Shown: positions 1 through 8,013 of the stretch, in pieces
How the letters are laid out: every line of letters begins with the position of its first letter
Position numbering within the stretch: the stretch's first letter is position 1
Assembly: GCA_030603395.1 (NCBI GenBank)
Contig: JAUVXX010000001.1
Coordinates: forward strand, 170,921-205,463
Source: a bacterium
GTDB taxonomy: Bacteria; Patescibacteriota; Minisyncoccia; Minisyncoccales; CG1-02-41-26
Direction of reading: 5' to 3'
DNA length: 34,543 bases
The notes under the pieces: model-generated
The model's database searches: none
Told to the model about the DNA's origin: nothing
What the model saw: the letters and a program-made list of their open reading frames with translations, nothing else
Translations under genes and position numbers: made by a program

Positions 1-683
1 TTCAAAGAGATATTTCAGGGTTTTTTAAGAAATTCAAAAAGGACAAAGTCCTTTCGCCGTTTTTAAAGAAATGGTATGGTATGCATGGAAGTTGCGCCCA
101 GGACCTGTATGGCCTTTTAATGATAGCCATATTTTTACAAAATACGGTGATTAAAAGGAGCGTTCAGATGACGAAGGTTATGCTTGAGAAATATGGTATC
201 AAGGTTAAATTTGATAATAAAGAGGTTTATTATTTCTGGAAACCAGAGGAGATGATGAAGGTTCCGGAGCAGGAATTAAGGGATTTAAAAGTAGGGTACA
301 GAGCTAAATTGTTTATTAAAACTTCAGAAACCTTTGTTAAAGAAAAAATTGATGAGAAAGAGTTGAGAAAATTGCCGGTGGAAGAAACTAAACAGAGGTT
401 ATTGAAAATTTATGGAGTTGGCCCAGAGACTGCCAGGATTCTATTAGTTGAAGCACTGCACCACCATGACATTTTTGAGCATGTTGCACCTTGGCAGCAG
501 AAAATTTATTCCAGATTACTGTTTAACAAAAAACTTGTTTCGGTCGACAAAATAATTAAGTATATTAAGAATAAATGGGGTGAATGGGCGAATTTAGCAG
601 CCAGCTACATCTGGGAAGATATTTTCTGGCAGAGAAAACAAGGCAAGAAAATTGAATGGCTGGAAAAAGAAATTAGATTGTAA
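1..683 (+). CDS. HhH-GPD superfamily DNA glycosylase (AlkA/Ogg-like), 5'-partial
   Basis: Frame is open from position 3 (QRDISGFFKKFKKD...), so the gene begins before the window. GYRAK motif and HhH motif LLKIYGVGPETA. Confidence 0.85.
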   Translation, partial: QRDISGFFKKFKKDKVLSPFLKKWYGMHGSCAQDLYGLLMIAIFLQNTVIKRSVQMTKVMLEKYGIKVKFDNKEVYYFWKPEEMMKVPEQELRDLKVGYRAKLFIKTSETFVKEKIDEKELRKLPVEETKQRLLKIYGVGPETARILLVEALHHHDIFEHVAPWQQKIYSRLLFNKKLVSVDKIIKYIKNKWGEWANLAASYIWEDIFWQRKQGKKIEWLEKEIRL

Positions 684-726
684 TTTATAGCCAGAATTTA
701 GTTCGGGGTTGAAACAAAAATCGCCT

Positions 727-1755
727 ATGAGCAAAGTTTATTTTTTAAGAATCAAAAGCAGCGCTCCCGAAACTTTAACTGACGCTGGAAAGAAAATTTC
801 AGAGGTATTTTCTGATTTTTTCGGCCTTGAAGACAAGGTGGCAGTAAAGCTTCATTTTGGAGAGAGGGGGAGTCAAACTTATTTAAACCCGCTTCTGGTG
901 AAGGCAATCTATGAAAGTTTAAATGAGAGAGTTAAAAAAGCAGCCTTGGTTGATTGCACTGTTTTATATAAGGGAGAAAGATCCTTCGGTTCCTCGCATA
1001 AAAAGTTAGCTCAAGACCATGGTTTTGACTTTGCCCCAATTTTAATTTTAGATGGAGAAAAGGGAGATGAAGAGCTAAAAATTAAGGTTGGGCTAAAACA
1101 TTTCAAAGAAATTAAAGCTGGAAAGGGAATAAAAGATTTTAATGCCATTTTAGCCGTTTCTCATTTTACCGGACATGGAGGAACGGGGATTGCCGGAGCT
1201 TTAAAAAATGTCGGAATGGGTTTCGGAAGCAAGGGAGGAAAGTTAGAGATGCATCAGGCATTTAAGCTTGAGATAAATCCAGATTTGTGCCAGGGCTGCG
1301 GGACCTGCCAGGAAGAATGTCCAGCTCAAGCTATTTCTATAGAGGACGGCAAAGCTCAAATTGATTACCAAAGATGCATTGGCTGCGGAAAGTGTATTGC
1401 CGTTTGTCCGCCTGGAGCAGTTGGGATCCCCTGGGGAGCAAGTTCGTCGCAAGATTTACAACAAAGGATAGTTGAATATGCTTTCGGAATTTTAAAGCAA
1501 AGGAAGGCTTTCTTTTTGAATGTTCTGTTAAATATAACTTCTGGCTGCGATTGCCTCGAAAACGTCCAGGAGCCAATGGTTAAAGATTTGGGTCTTTTGG
1601 GTTCCGAAGATATTGTAGCTATTGACCAAGCAAGCTTAGATTTAATAGGTAAAGAGAAATTCAAAAGTCCCGGAGTGAATCCAGATGTCCAGATAAATTA
1701 TGCTCAAGAAATAGGCTTGGGAGAAAAAGATTATAAATTAATTGAAATAAAATAA
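727..1755 (+). CDS. DUF362-domain protein with inserted 2x[4Fe-4S] ferredoxin domain
   Basis: KLHFGE, SHFTGH..GALKN.GMG and CDC motifs, plus CQGCGTCQEECP and CIGCGKCIAVCP. ATG at 727 preferred over TTG at 709. Confidence 0.85.
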   Translation: MSKVYFLRIKSSAPETLTDAGKKISEVFSDFFGLEDKVAVKLHFGERGSQTYLNPLLVKAIYESLNERVKKAALVDCTVLYKGERSFGSSHKKLAQDHGFDFAPILILDGEKGDEELKIKVGLKHFKEIKAGKGIKDFNAILAVSHFTGHGGTGIAGALKNVGMGFGSKGGKLEMHQAFKLEINPDLCQGCGTCQEECPAQAISIEDGKAQIDYQRCIGCGKCIAVCPPGAVGIPWGASSSQDLQQRIVEYAFGILKQRKAFFLNVLLNITSGCDCLENVQEPMVKDLGLLGSEDIVAIDQASLDLIGKEKFKSPGVNPDVQINYAQEIGLGEKDYKLIEIK

Positions 1756-1813
1756 TCCTTTACGATAAAATTAGAATAGCATTGAAAGGTCAAAAAATAA
1801 TTTCAAAAATAAC

Positions 1814-2092
1814 ATGGCAGAGGAAAAACATTTTACAATTGAGGAAGCCAAAAGGGTCGGGGAGGCATTGGGAATTGATTGGACAAAGTTTGACGTTGAG
1901 CAGTTCCGGATGGGCATGGACGTGGAATTGGAACATGGGACAATAGACGCCAAAACTAACGTGACGGACGACGACGAAATGACGACGGGGAAAATCGCCT
2001 TAGCCCACTTAAATGAATTCCCGGATTACTACACTCGCCTTGAAAAAATGGAAAAAGAAGGAGATGAGTACTGGGAAGAGAAAAAACTATGA
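1814..2092 (+). CDS. DUF5661-like small acidic protein
   Basis: GMDVELEHG...KIALAHLNEFPDYYTRL pattern. Confidence 0.75.
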   Translation: MAEEKHFTIEEAKRVGEALGIDWTKFDVEQFRMGMDVELEHGTIDAKTNVTDDDEMTTGKIALAHLNEFPDYYTRLEKMEKEGDEYWEEKKL

Positions 2093-2538
2093 AAAAGGTT
2101 ATTATAGGCGGGACGTTTAATATGCTGCACAAAGGGCATAAAGCATTTTTAAGAAAAGCTTTTGAAGTGGGCGAGGTAACCATTGGTTTAACCTCTAACA
2201 AGATGGCGGCCAGTCTCAGGAAAGAAAAGGTCAAGGATTTTAAAGATAGAAAGAAGGAATTAGAAGATTTTATTGCTCAGGATTTTTCGACAAAGGCTAA
2301 GATAGTAAAAATTGAAGACAAATTCGGCCCTACCCTGAAAGAGGACTTCGACTACATTGTTGTTTCTCCCGCCACCTATCCAACAGCCATATTAGTTAAC
2401 CAGGAACGTCAAAAGAGAAACAGAAAACCCATAGAAATTGTCAAAATAGAGTTTGTTTTAGCTGACGATGGAAAACCCATCTCCTCTACCAGGATATTGG
2501 GTGGGGAAATAGACAGACAAGGAAAAACATTGAAATAA
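2089..2538 (+). CDS. coaD: Archaeal/eukaryotic-type phosphopantetheine adenylyltransferase (cytidylyltransferase superfamily)
   Basis: GGTFNMLHKGH (HxGH), IVVS and DGKPISSTRI motifs. ATGA overlap with the upstream gene. Confidence 0.75.
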   Translation: MKKVIIGGTFNMLHKGHKAFLRKAFEVGEVTIGLTSNKMAASLRKEKVKDFKDRKKELEDFIAQDFSTKAKIVKIEDKFGPTLKEDFDYIVVSPATYPTAILVNQERQKRNRKPIEIVKIEFVLADDGKPISSTRILGGEIDRQGKTLK

Positions 2539-2549
2539 GTTAATAAAAT

Positions 2550-2972
2550 ATGGGTAAAACTAAGAGTCCAATTTTGATGGTGGACGGGATGGTTCTGAAA
2601 GGTGACAAGGTTTTACTGACAAAAAGAGAAATTTATCCCTTTCAGGGATGCTGGGTTTTGCCCGGCGGTCATGTTGAATATGGCGAAAAAGTAGAAGAAG
2701 CAATCAAGAGAGAAATGAAAGAGGAATTGGGGGTTCCAGTGAAAATCAAAAAATTAGTCGGGGTTTATTCGGAATCCAGAAGAGATCCGCGGTATCATTC
2801 GGTTTCTGTGGTTTTTTTCCTTAAAAAGGGTAAAGGTAAAATTCGCTTGAACTACGAATCCTCCGAATTTAAATATTTTTCTTTAAATAATCTCCCTAAA
2901 AAAATTGGCTTTGACCACCGAAAAATACTTAATGAGTTTAAAAGAAATAAACGAAATTTAACCCGGAGTTAA
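2550..2972 (+). CDS. NUDIX hydrolase (MutT/ADP-ribose pyrophosphatase-like)
   Basis: Nudix box GGHVEYGEKVEEAIKREMKEELG, plus RDPR and FDH motifs. Confidence 0.9.
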   Translation: MGKTKSPILMVDGMVLKGDKVLLTKREIYPFQGCWVLPGGHVEYGEKVEEAIKREMKEELGVPVKIKKLVGVYSESRRDPRYHSVSVVFFLKKGKGKIRLNYESSEFKYFSLNNLPKKIGFDHRKILNEFKRNKRNLTRS

Positions 2973-3003
2973 TCGCACGGGGTTCGACCTCGTGCGATTT
3001 TTT
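2971..3003 (+). terminator. Intrinsic terminator
   Basis: AATCGCACGGGG-TTCGA-CCTCGTGCGATT hairpin followed by a T-run, directly after the stop codon. Confidence 0.8.
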
Positions 3004-3029
3004 ATTTTAAAATAAAAAAAGCAAGGTAA

Positions 3030-3062
3030 GGGTGAATTTCAGAAACTTTGAAATTTTCACCC
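3030..3062 (-). terminator. Probable terminator of the minus-strand orphan gene
   Basis: Imperfect inverted repeat GGGTGAATTTC...GAAATTTTCACCC. An A-run lies upstream on + (a U-run on -). Confidence 0.5.
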
Positions 3063-3365
3063 CTACCTTCTATGTAGAGCTGACCACTCTTTTTCGACGG
3101 AAATCCTCGGTTTAGACCTATCTGGTTTTCTGAGGGTTTTTATGATTTCCCTTATGATTTCAGACGAGACCGGCTTGTCTTTCTGTTTGTGTCGTTTGGC
3201 GATTCTTCTAACTTGTTTTATTTGCCCTTTCTTTAGTCCTCCGTGCTCACCCAAGCTAAAGCCTTTGGCTGAATAGCAGAGTGGACAGTGTCCATCCTTC
3301 CAATACATATGGTGAGTTTTGCCCGTACACGAAAAACATCGTCGAATAGGCTGCCATTGATTCAT
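3063..3365 (-). CDS. Hypothetical basic protein with CxxC...CPxC (possible Zn-binding) motif
   Basis: ORF has an SD-like AGGGGGTG before ATG 3365 (alternative GTG start at 3377), its own promoter and a terminator. Confidence 0.55.
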   Translation of the reverse strand: MNQWQPIRRCFSCTGKTHHMYWKDGHCPLCYSAKGFSLGEHGGLKKGQIKQVRRIAKRHKQKDKPVSSEIIREIIKTLRKPDRSKPRISVEKEWSALHRR

Positions 3366-3427
3366 TCTTTTTTTCACCCCCTTCCTAAAAGTTTAAAAAT
3401 AATAAAAGGTGCAGTTTTTCTTCTTTT

Positions 3428-3456
3428 ATGATAAAACCCAGAAAATATTTTGTCAA
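3428..3456 (-). promoter_or_regulatory. Sigma70-like promoter TTGACA-17-TATCAT
   Basis: Near-consensus boxes with a 17-nt spacer upstream of the 3063-3365 ORF. Confidence 0.65.
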
Positions 3457-3470
3457 ACGGGTTGACAGCT

Positions 3471-3499
3471 TTGAGATAAAATATTGCTTCTGGTAAAAT
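3471..3499 (+). promoter_or_regulatory. Sigma70-like promoter TTGAGA-17-TAAAAT with extended -10 (TGG)
   Basis: Divergent partner of the promoter at 3428-3456. Confidence 0.6.
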
Positions 3500-3550
3500 A
3501 AGGTAATAAGTTCCGTAAAGGTCGGAGAGCAATAATTAAAAGCAAAAAGC

Positions 3551-3928
3551 ATGAACTGGAAAAAGGCAATTGGTTTCGGGGTGTTTATTTGGATTTTAAT
3601 GTTTGTCATCATTTCTATCTTCATTGCTTTTGATGTCTACAAATTCAGCTGGATACAGGGAATTATTACTATCATTGCTGGGGTAGTCGCCTTTATTTTG
3701 GCTGGTGTGGTTAAGCCAGCTAAAATAGTTTTGGCTTTGGCTTACGGATTGATTTGGGTGGTTATTGGCCTGGTCCTGGACGTAGTGGTTACCATACGGT
3801 TTAATGCGGAAATTTTCTCTTCCTGGTCGCTCTGGTTTGGTTATTTGTTAGTTCTCTTTGCGCCGGTTTTAAGGGTTGAAAAAGGATTTGAAGTACCCAA
3901 AACTGAACCAGACGGTATGCCCAACTGA
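3551..3928 (+). CDS. Hypothetical membrane protein (~4 TM)
   Basis: Four hydrophobic segments and an upstream promoter. Confidence 0.75.
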   Translation: MNWKKAIGFGVFIWILMFVIISIFIAFDVYKFSWIQGIITIIAGVVAFILAGVVKPAKIVLALAYGLIWVVIGLVLDVVVTIRFNAEIFSSWSLWFGYLLVLFAPVLRVEKGFEVPKTEPDGMPN

Positions 3929-4003
3929 AAAGGAGTTTTAAGCAAATTTACCAATTGAGTTTATCAAAAGATTAAACTCCAGAGGGGGATTGCCTTTCTC
4001 AAT

Positions 4004-4071
4004 AATCGCCAATCCTTCGACCTCGCTCAGGACAAGGGGGCGATTTTTTGTTTACACTGAGTTCGTCGAAG
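4004..4071. repeat. Terminator-like hairpin plus an inverted pair of CTTCGAC..CTCAG short repeats
   Basis: AATCGCC...GGCGATT followed by a T-run. CTTCGACCTCGCTCAG (4015-4030) and CTGAGTTCGTCGAAG (4057-4071) are imperfect inverted copies. Confidence 0.55.
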
Positions 4072-4089
4072 TGGTAGAATAAAGATACT

Positions 4090-4290
4090 ATGGAGTGCAA
4101 GATTGAAGAAAATTTAGAAGATTGTCCTTGTACTTATCCGGGTTGTCCGAGAAAGGGCAAGTGTTGTGATTGTTTGAAGTATCACTTAGCAAGCAATGAA
4201 TTGCCGGCCTGTTGTTTTTCTGAAGAGACCGAAAAAACTTTTGACCGCTCCTTTGAAATGTTTATTAAAGACCAACAAGGGAAATTATAG
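4090..4290 (+). CDS. Small Cys-rich protein (DUF6485-like)
   Basis: CPCTYPGCPRKGKCCDCLKYH...LPACCF pattern. Confidence 0.75.
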   Translation: MECKIEENLEDCPCTYPGCPRKGKCCDCLKYHLASNELPACCFSEETEKTFDRSFEMFIKDQQGKL

Positions 4291-4332
4291 CAGCAGAATT
4301 AAAGGTCGCTAAATTAATAAAAAAACAAAATC

Positions 4333-4551
4333 ATGATAGGATTCTTTACTCAAAATCAATGGCTCTTTTTTCTAATAGCTGTTTGGGTACTTCCCTGGAA
4401 AGGATGGGCTTTATGGAGGGCAGCCAAAAGAGAGGAAAAGAAGTGGTTTATAGCTCTCCTTGTCCTCAACACCCTGGCTATTTTAGAAATCCTTTACATC
4501 TTCGCCTTCAGCAAGAAGAAAACAGCCACCCCGGAGTCTCCTTCGCAATGA
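4333..4551 (+). CDS. Small membrane protein (DUF5652-like)
   Basis: W.LPWKG.ALWRAA....K.WF..LL.LNT..IL.I.Y pattern. Confidence 0.75.
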   Translation: MIGFFTQNQWLFFLIAVWVLPWKGWALWRAAKREEKKWFIALLVLNTLAILEILYIFAFSKKKTATPESPSQ

Positions 4552-5135
4552 GATACAAAAAACTGCCCAGGACTTTTTATACTGGGCCCACTTTGAAGGT
4601 GGCTAAGGAATTGTTGGGGAAGTATATTGTCAGAAAGATAGGAAAGAAAAAATTGATTGGCAAAATTATAGAAACCGAGGCCTATATTGGTCCACAAGAC
4701 AGGGCCTCGCATGCTTTTGGGGGTAAGGTGACTTTGCGCAACAGAGCGGCATATTTTTTTGGCGGCCGCATTTATATTTATTTGGTTTACGGAATACATT
4801 GGCAACTGAACATATCCAGCAGTCGAGAGAAAAAACCAGAGTGCGTGCTTATCAGGGCTTTGGAGGTACCCGGGGAAAGCAAAGAGATAGCTTCGGGGCC
4901 GGGCAAGCTCTGTCGCTATCTAAAATTGGATAAGTCGTTTTACGGTGAAGATTTAACGGGCAGCAAAAGGATTTGGCTGGAAGACCGGGGAGAGAAAGCG
5001 AGGATTTCCCAAATTACGGCTACCCGACGGATTGGCATTGATTACGCTGGAACTTATTGGTCTCGTCGAAAATGGCGGTTTTTGTTAAAACCAAAGGAAA
5101 ATAGTAAAATAAAAAAAAAGAAAGGTCGGGCATAA
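4548..5135 (+). CDS. mpg: DNA-3-methyladenine glycosylase (MPG/AAG family)
   Basis: VAKELLGK, IIETEAYIG..D.ASH, VLIRALE, GPGKLC and RIGI motifs. ATG 4548 overlaps the upstream TGA. Confidence 0.9.
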   Translation: MRYKKLPRTFYTGPTLKVAKELLGKYIVRKIGKKKLIGKIIETEAYIGPQDRASHAFGGKVTLRNRAAYFFGGRIYIYLVYGIHWQLNISSSREKKPECVLIRALEVPGESKEIASGPGKLCRYLKLDKSFYGEDLTGSKRIWLEDRGEKARISQITATRRIGIDYAGTYWSRRKWRFLLKPKENSKIKKKKGRA

Positions 5136-5141
5136 ATAATA

Positions 5142-5169
5142 AATAACCAATAACCAATAACCAATAACA
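5142..5169 (+). repeat. Heptamer tandem repeat (AATAACC)x3 + AATAACA
   Basis: Read directly from sequence, in the leader of the SIMPL gene. Confidence 0.9.
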
Positions 5170-5173
5170 AAAC

Positions 5174-5965
5174 ATGGATACCCAAAACTTTAAAGCAAAA
5201 CACAAGTGTCTGTTGGTCGTCCTTTCTATTTTTTTGATGGTGGTGACGGTTTGGTTTGCCGTAGCTATTCAGAATAAAATCAAAGAGGGAAAATACATTG
5301 GCCAGGAAATTGAAGCTAAAAATACCATTACTGTTTCTGAGACCGGTGAGATTTACGCCAAGCCCGATTTGGCCCTTACCACTTTTTCTGTCATCACTGA
5401 AGCAAAAACGGTAAATGAAGCTATGTCTGGCAATACTCAGGACATGAACGCCATCATTAGCGTGATGAAAGACGAAGGCGTTGAGGAAAGAGATTTGAAG
5501 ACCACCAGCTTTACCATTTACCCCCGTTATGAATGGCAAAGGGTAGAGACCGAAATTTATCCTTATCCTCCCGGGAAAAGGGTGTTGGTTGGCTATGAAG
5601 TGCGACAATCTTTGCAGGTGAAAATCAGGGATATGTCTAAGATAGGCGATATTATTCAGGGAGCAACTGATGCTGGAGCCAATCAGGCAGGGAATCTCCA
5701 GTTTTCCATTGATCAGGAAGATGAACTGAAAAAGCAAGCTCGAGGCCAGGCCATTGACAAAGCCAAAGCCAAAGCCCAAGAATTGGCTCAACAACTCGGG
5801 GTTAGCTTGGTTAGAATCACCCATTTTTCAGAAAGCGGGATTGCTCCTCGTTTTTACGGGTTAATGGAAGAAGCGATAGGAAAGGGTGGTGGCGAAGCTC
5901 CCCAGATTGAAACTGGCGAAAATCTCGTAAGCGTAACAGTTAGCATAACTTACGAAATCCGCTAA
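5174..5965 (+). CDS. SIMPL/DUF541 domain protein with N-terminal membrane anchor
   Basis: TITVS..GEIYAKPDLA, GAN and A...AKAKAQELA..LG motifs. Confidence 0.85.
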   Translation: MDTQNFKAKHKCLLVVLSIFLMVVTVWFAVAIQNKIKEGKYIGQEIEAKNTITVSETGEIYAKPDLALTTFSVITEAKTVNEAMSGNTQDMNAIISVMKDEGVEERDLKTTSFTIYPRYEWQRVETEIYPYPPGKRVLVGYEVRQSLQVKIRDMSKIGDIIQGATDAGANQAGNLQFSIDQEDELKKQARGQAIDKAKAKAQELAQQLGVSLVRITHFSESGIAPRFYGLMEEAIGKGGGEAPQIETGENLVSVTVSITYEIR

Positions 5966-7210
5966 ATGAAGTTTATTGCTGATTTTCACATTCATTCAAA
6001 ATACTCAAGAGCTACCTCTCCCCAGATGGATTTGGAACATTTAGATGAGTCAGCGAAAATTAAAGGGATTAAGATTTTGGGAACCGGAGATTTCACCCAC
6101 CCGGAGTGGTTCAGCAACCTGAAAGAGAAATTAGTGCCGGCAGAAACAGGACTATATAAGCTAAAATCTGGGAGCGAAACACGGTTTATCTTAACTTCGG
6201 AAATAAGTTGCATTTACTCGAAAAAGGGGAGAGTCAGGAAAATTCACATCATCATTTTCTCTCCCGATTTTGAAACAGTTGAGAAGATAAACACTCAACT
6301 TGGCTGGATAGGCAATTTAAAATCAGACGGCAGGCCTATTCTGGGTTTGGATGCCAAAGAATTAACCAAAATTGCTTTGAATATTAATTCAGATTGTTTG
6401 GTTGTCCCCGCCCATTTGATGACCCCCTGGTTTTCTTTGTTTGGCTCAAAATCCGGTTTTGATTCAATAAAGGAGTGTTTTGAAGATTACTCAAAATATA
6501 TCTATGCTGGCGAAACAGGACTTTCAGCAAGTCCATCAATGCTTTGGCGAATGCCCGATGGCCGAAAAATTACTTTAATAAGTAATTCAGATGCTCACAG
6601 TCCCCCCAAGATAGGCAGGGAAACCAATGTTTTTGATACAGAATTGAGTTATCCAAAAATTGTTGAGGCGATAAAACAAAGAGACCCTCAGAAATTTCTC
6701 TACACCATTGAATTCTTTCCCGAGGAAGGGAAATATCATTACGATGGCCACCGAAACTGTGATATAAGTTCAAGCCCGGCTGAAACAAAAAAATACAATG
6801 GGATTTGTCCTCGCTGCGGCAGGCCTCTGACGGTGGGGGTTTTGAGCAGGGTTGAGAAATTAGCTGACAGGCCAGAAGGTTTTAAGCCAGAAAATACCAT
6901 CCCTTATAAAAGCTTAATTCCCTTGGCAGAGATAATTGGAGAAGTTTTGGGGGTTGGAGTTGGCACCAAGGAGGTGGAAAAAGAATATAAAAGTTTAATT
7001 GAGAAATTTGATTCAGAATTTAATGTTTTACTTGATGCTTCCATTGGTGATCTGAAATCAGCTACGTTGCCAGAGATTGCTGAAGCCATCTCACGCGTTC
7101 GAGAGGGGAAAGTAAAGGTGGACCCCGGTTACGACGGGGTCTACGGAAAAATAAGGATATTTTCTGAGGAGGAAAAAAGAGAGGTCTCCGGCCAAAAGTC
7201 GTTATTTTAA
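5966..7210 (+). CDS. Endonuclease Q family protein (PHP domain + Zn finger)
   Basis: ADFHIHSKYSRATS, GTGDFTHP, ETGLS, SNSDAHS, GKYHYDGHRNC, CPRCG and PGYDGVYG motifs. Confidence 0.9.
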   Translation: MKFIADFHIHSKYSRATSPQMDLEHLDESAKIKGIKILGTGDFTHPEWFSNLKEKLVPAETGLYKLKSGSETRFILTSEISCIYSKKGRVRKIHIIIFSPDFETVEKINTQLGWIGNLKSDGRPILGLDAKELTKIALNINSDCLVVPAHLMTPWFSLFGSKSGFDSIKECFEDYSKYIYAGETGLSASPSMLWRMPDGRKITLISNSDAHSPPKIGRETNVFDTELSYPKIVEAIKQRDPQKFLYTIEFFPEEGKYHYDGHRNCDISSSPAETKKYNGICPRCGRPLTVGVLSRVEKLADRPEGFKPENTIPYKSLIPLAEIIGEVLGVGVGTKEVEKEYKSLIEKFDSEFNVLLDASIGDLKSATLPEIAEAISRVREGKVKVDPGYDGVYGKIRIFSEEEKREVSGQKSLF

Positions 7211-7219
7211 AGGGAAACT

Positions 7220-7585
7220 ATGTCCGTTGAAGAATATCATTTTGGTTTCATAACCATTGATGGTAAAAACTATACCGATGATGTTGAGGTTCGCCCGTCC
7301 GGTGAAGTTTTAGATTGGTGGAGGGGAGAGAGTCATCTGATTGATGTTGAAGATGTCAAAAGAGCCTTGACTCAGAACCCAGAGGTGATAATTATAGGGA
7401 CAGGTGAGTCGGGACTGGCTCGGGTAACCGAGGAAGCCAAAAAAGAAATTGAAGAAAAAGGAACCAAGTTGATAATTGATATGACCGAAGAGGCAGTCAA
7501 AACCTTCAATATTATTAAACAGGAATCCGAAGCAGAGGAGGGGAAAAAGACCAAAGTGATTGGTTTGTTTCATTTGACTTGTTAA
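7220..7585 (+). CDS. Mth938-like (DUF498) domain protein
   Basis: FG.I.IDGK.Y..D, IIGTG, T.EA...FN and C-terminal HLTC motifs. Confidence 0.85.
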   Translation: MSVEEYHFGFITIDGKNYTDDVEVRPSGEVLDWWRGESHLIDVEDVKRALTQNPEVIIIGTGESGLARVTEEAKKEIEEKGTKLIIDMTEEAVKTFNIIKQESEAEEGKKTKVIGLFHLTC

Positions 7586-7589
7586 ACCC

Positions 7590-7617
7590 TTGACTTTATT
7601 TTAGAAAGTACTATACT
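7590..7617 (+). promoter_or_regulatory. Sigma70-like promoter TTGACT-16-TATACT
   Basis: Near-consensus boxes about 115 nt upstream of ATG 7733. Confidence 0.65.
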
Positions 7618-7732
7618 GGAGGTTAGTGGTTCGTGGTAAGATAACTTAAGTCGCTAAATTTAGAAAATTTAGAGGACCTTAGGAGTTCCAACCAGAGCCC
7701 AAAAGGTCTTTTTTTATTAGTTTCGTTCAATT

Positions 7733-7906
7733 ATGGCAGATAATGAATCTCAGCCTCAAGAAGGTGGTTTCGAAAGAAAGATGTTTAAGGGTGACTGGAA
7801 ATGTGCAGATTGTGGAAAAGAAATCCCCGAACTTCCCTTTGAACCAGACCAAGATCGACCTATCTATTGTCGAGATTGCTGGTCCAAGAGAAGGACTCGA
7901 AGATGA
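7733..7906 (+). CDS. CxxC-x17-CxxC-type zinc-ribbon protein, 57 aa (missed by the ORF track)
   Basis: MADNESQPQEGGFERKMFKGDWKCADCGKEIPELPFEPDQDRPIYCRDCWSKRRTRR; characteristic PFEP...RP.YC..C motif. Confidence 0.9.
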   Translation: MADNESQPQEGGFERKMFKGDWKCADCGKEIPELPFEPDQDRPIYCRDCWSKRRTRR

Positions 7907-7912
7907 GGCTTC

Positions 7913-7942
7913 GCAAAAACCCGCCCCCTGGCGGGTTTTTGC
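7913..7942 (+). terminator. Intrinsic terminator, potentially bidirectional
   Basis: GCAAAAACCCGCC-CCCT-GGCGGGTTTTTGC perfect hairpin. Confidence 0.85.
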
Positions 7943-8013
7943 TTTATATTAAAATATTGTAAAATAGAGAAAAGGTCTAAAAGGATTTTAGAGACCAAAT
8001 TGACTATTTAAAA

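Noticed and set aside
2971-3000. GGTTCGA hairpin as a tRNA fragment or att site
   Set aside because: There is no cloverleaf, CCA end or nearby integrase. Its position and T-run fit a terminator.
3372-3381. 10-nt identity (TTTCACCCCC) with the tmRNA 5' end at 20088-20097
   Set aside because: Too short and SD-like, with no mobile-element evidence, so probably chance.
4359-4547. N-terminal extension of MPG; similar extensions for rplT (18957), rpmI (19249) and the phosphatase (22212)
   Set aside because: They overlap neighbouring genes or hairpins, and family similarity begins at the downstream ATGs.
5054-5824. Long antisense ORF (256 aa) and other antisense or nested ORFs such as 12562-13119 and 16021-16452
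   Set aside because: They are shadows of well-supported genes and have no recognisable motifs.
7743-7952. ORF-track 69-aa ORF
   Set aside because: Out-of-frame shadow of the zinc-ribbon gene 7733-7906, and it runs through that gene's terminator.
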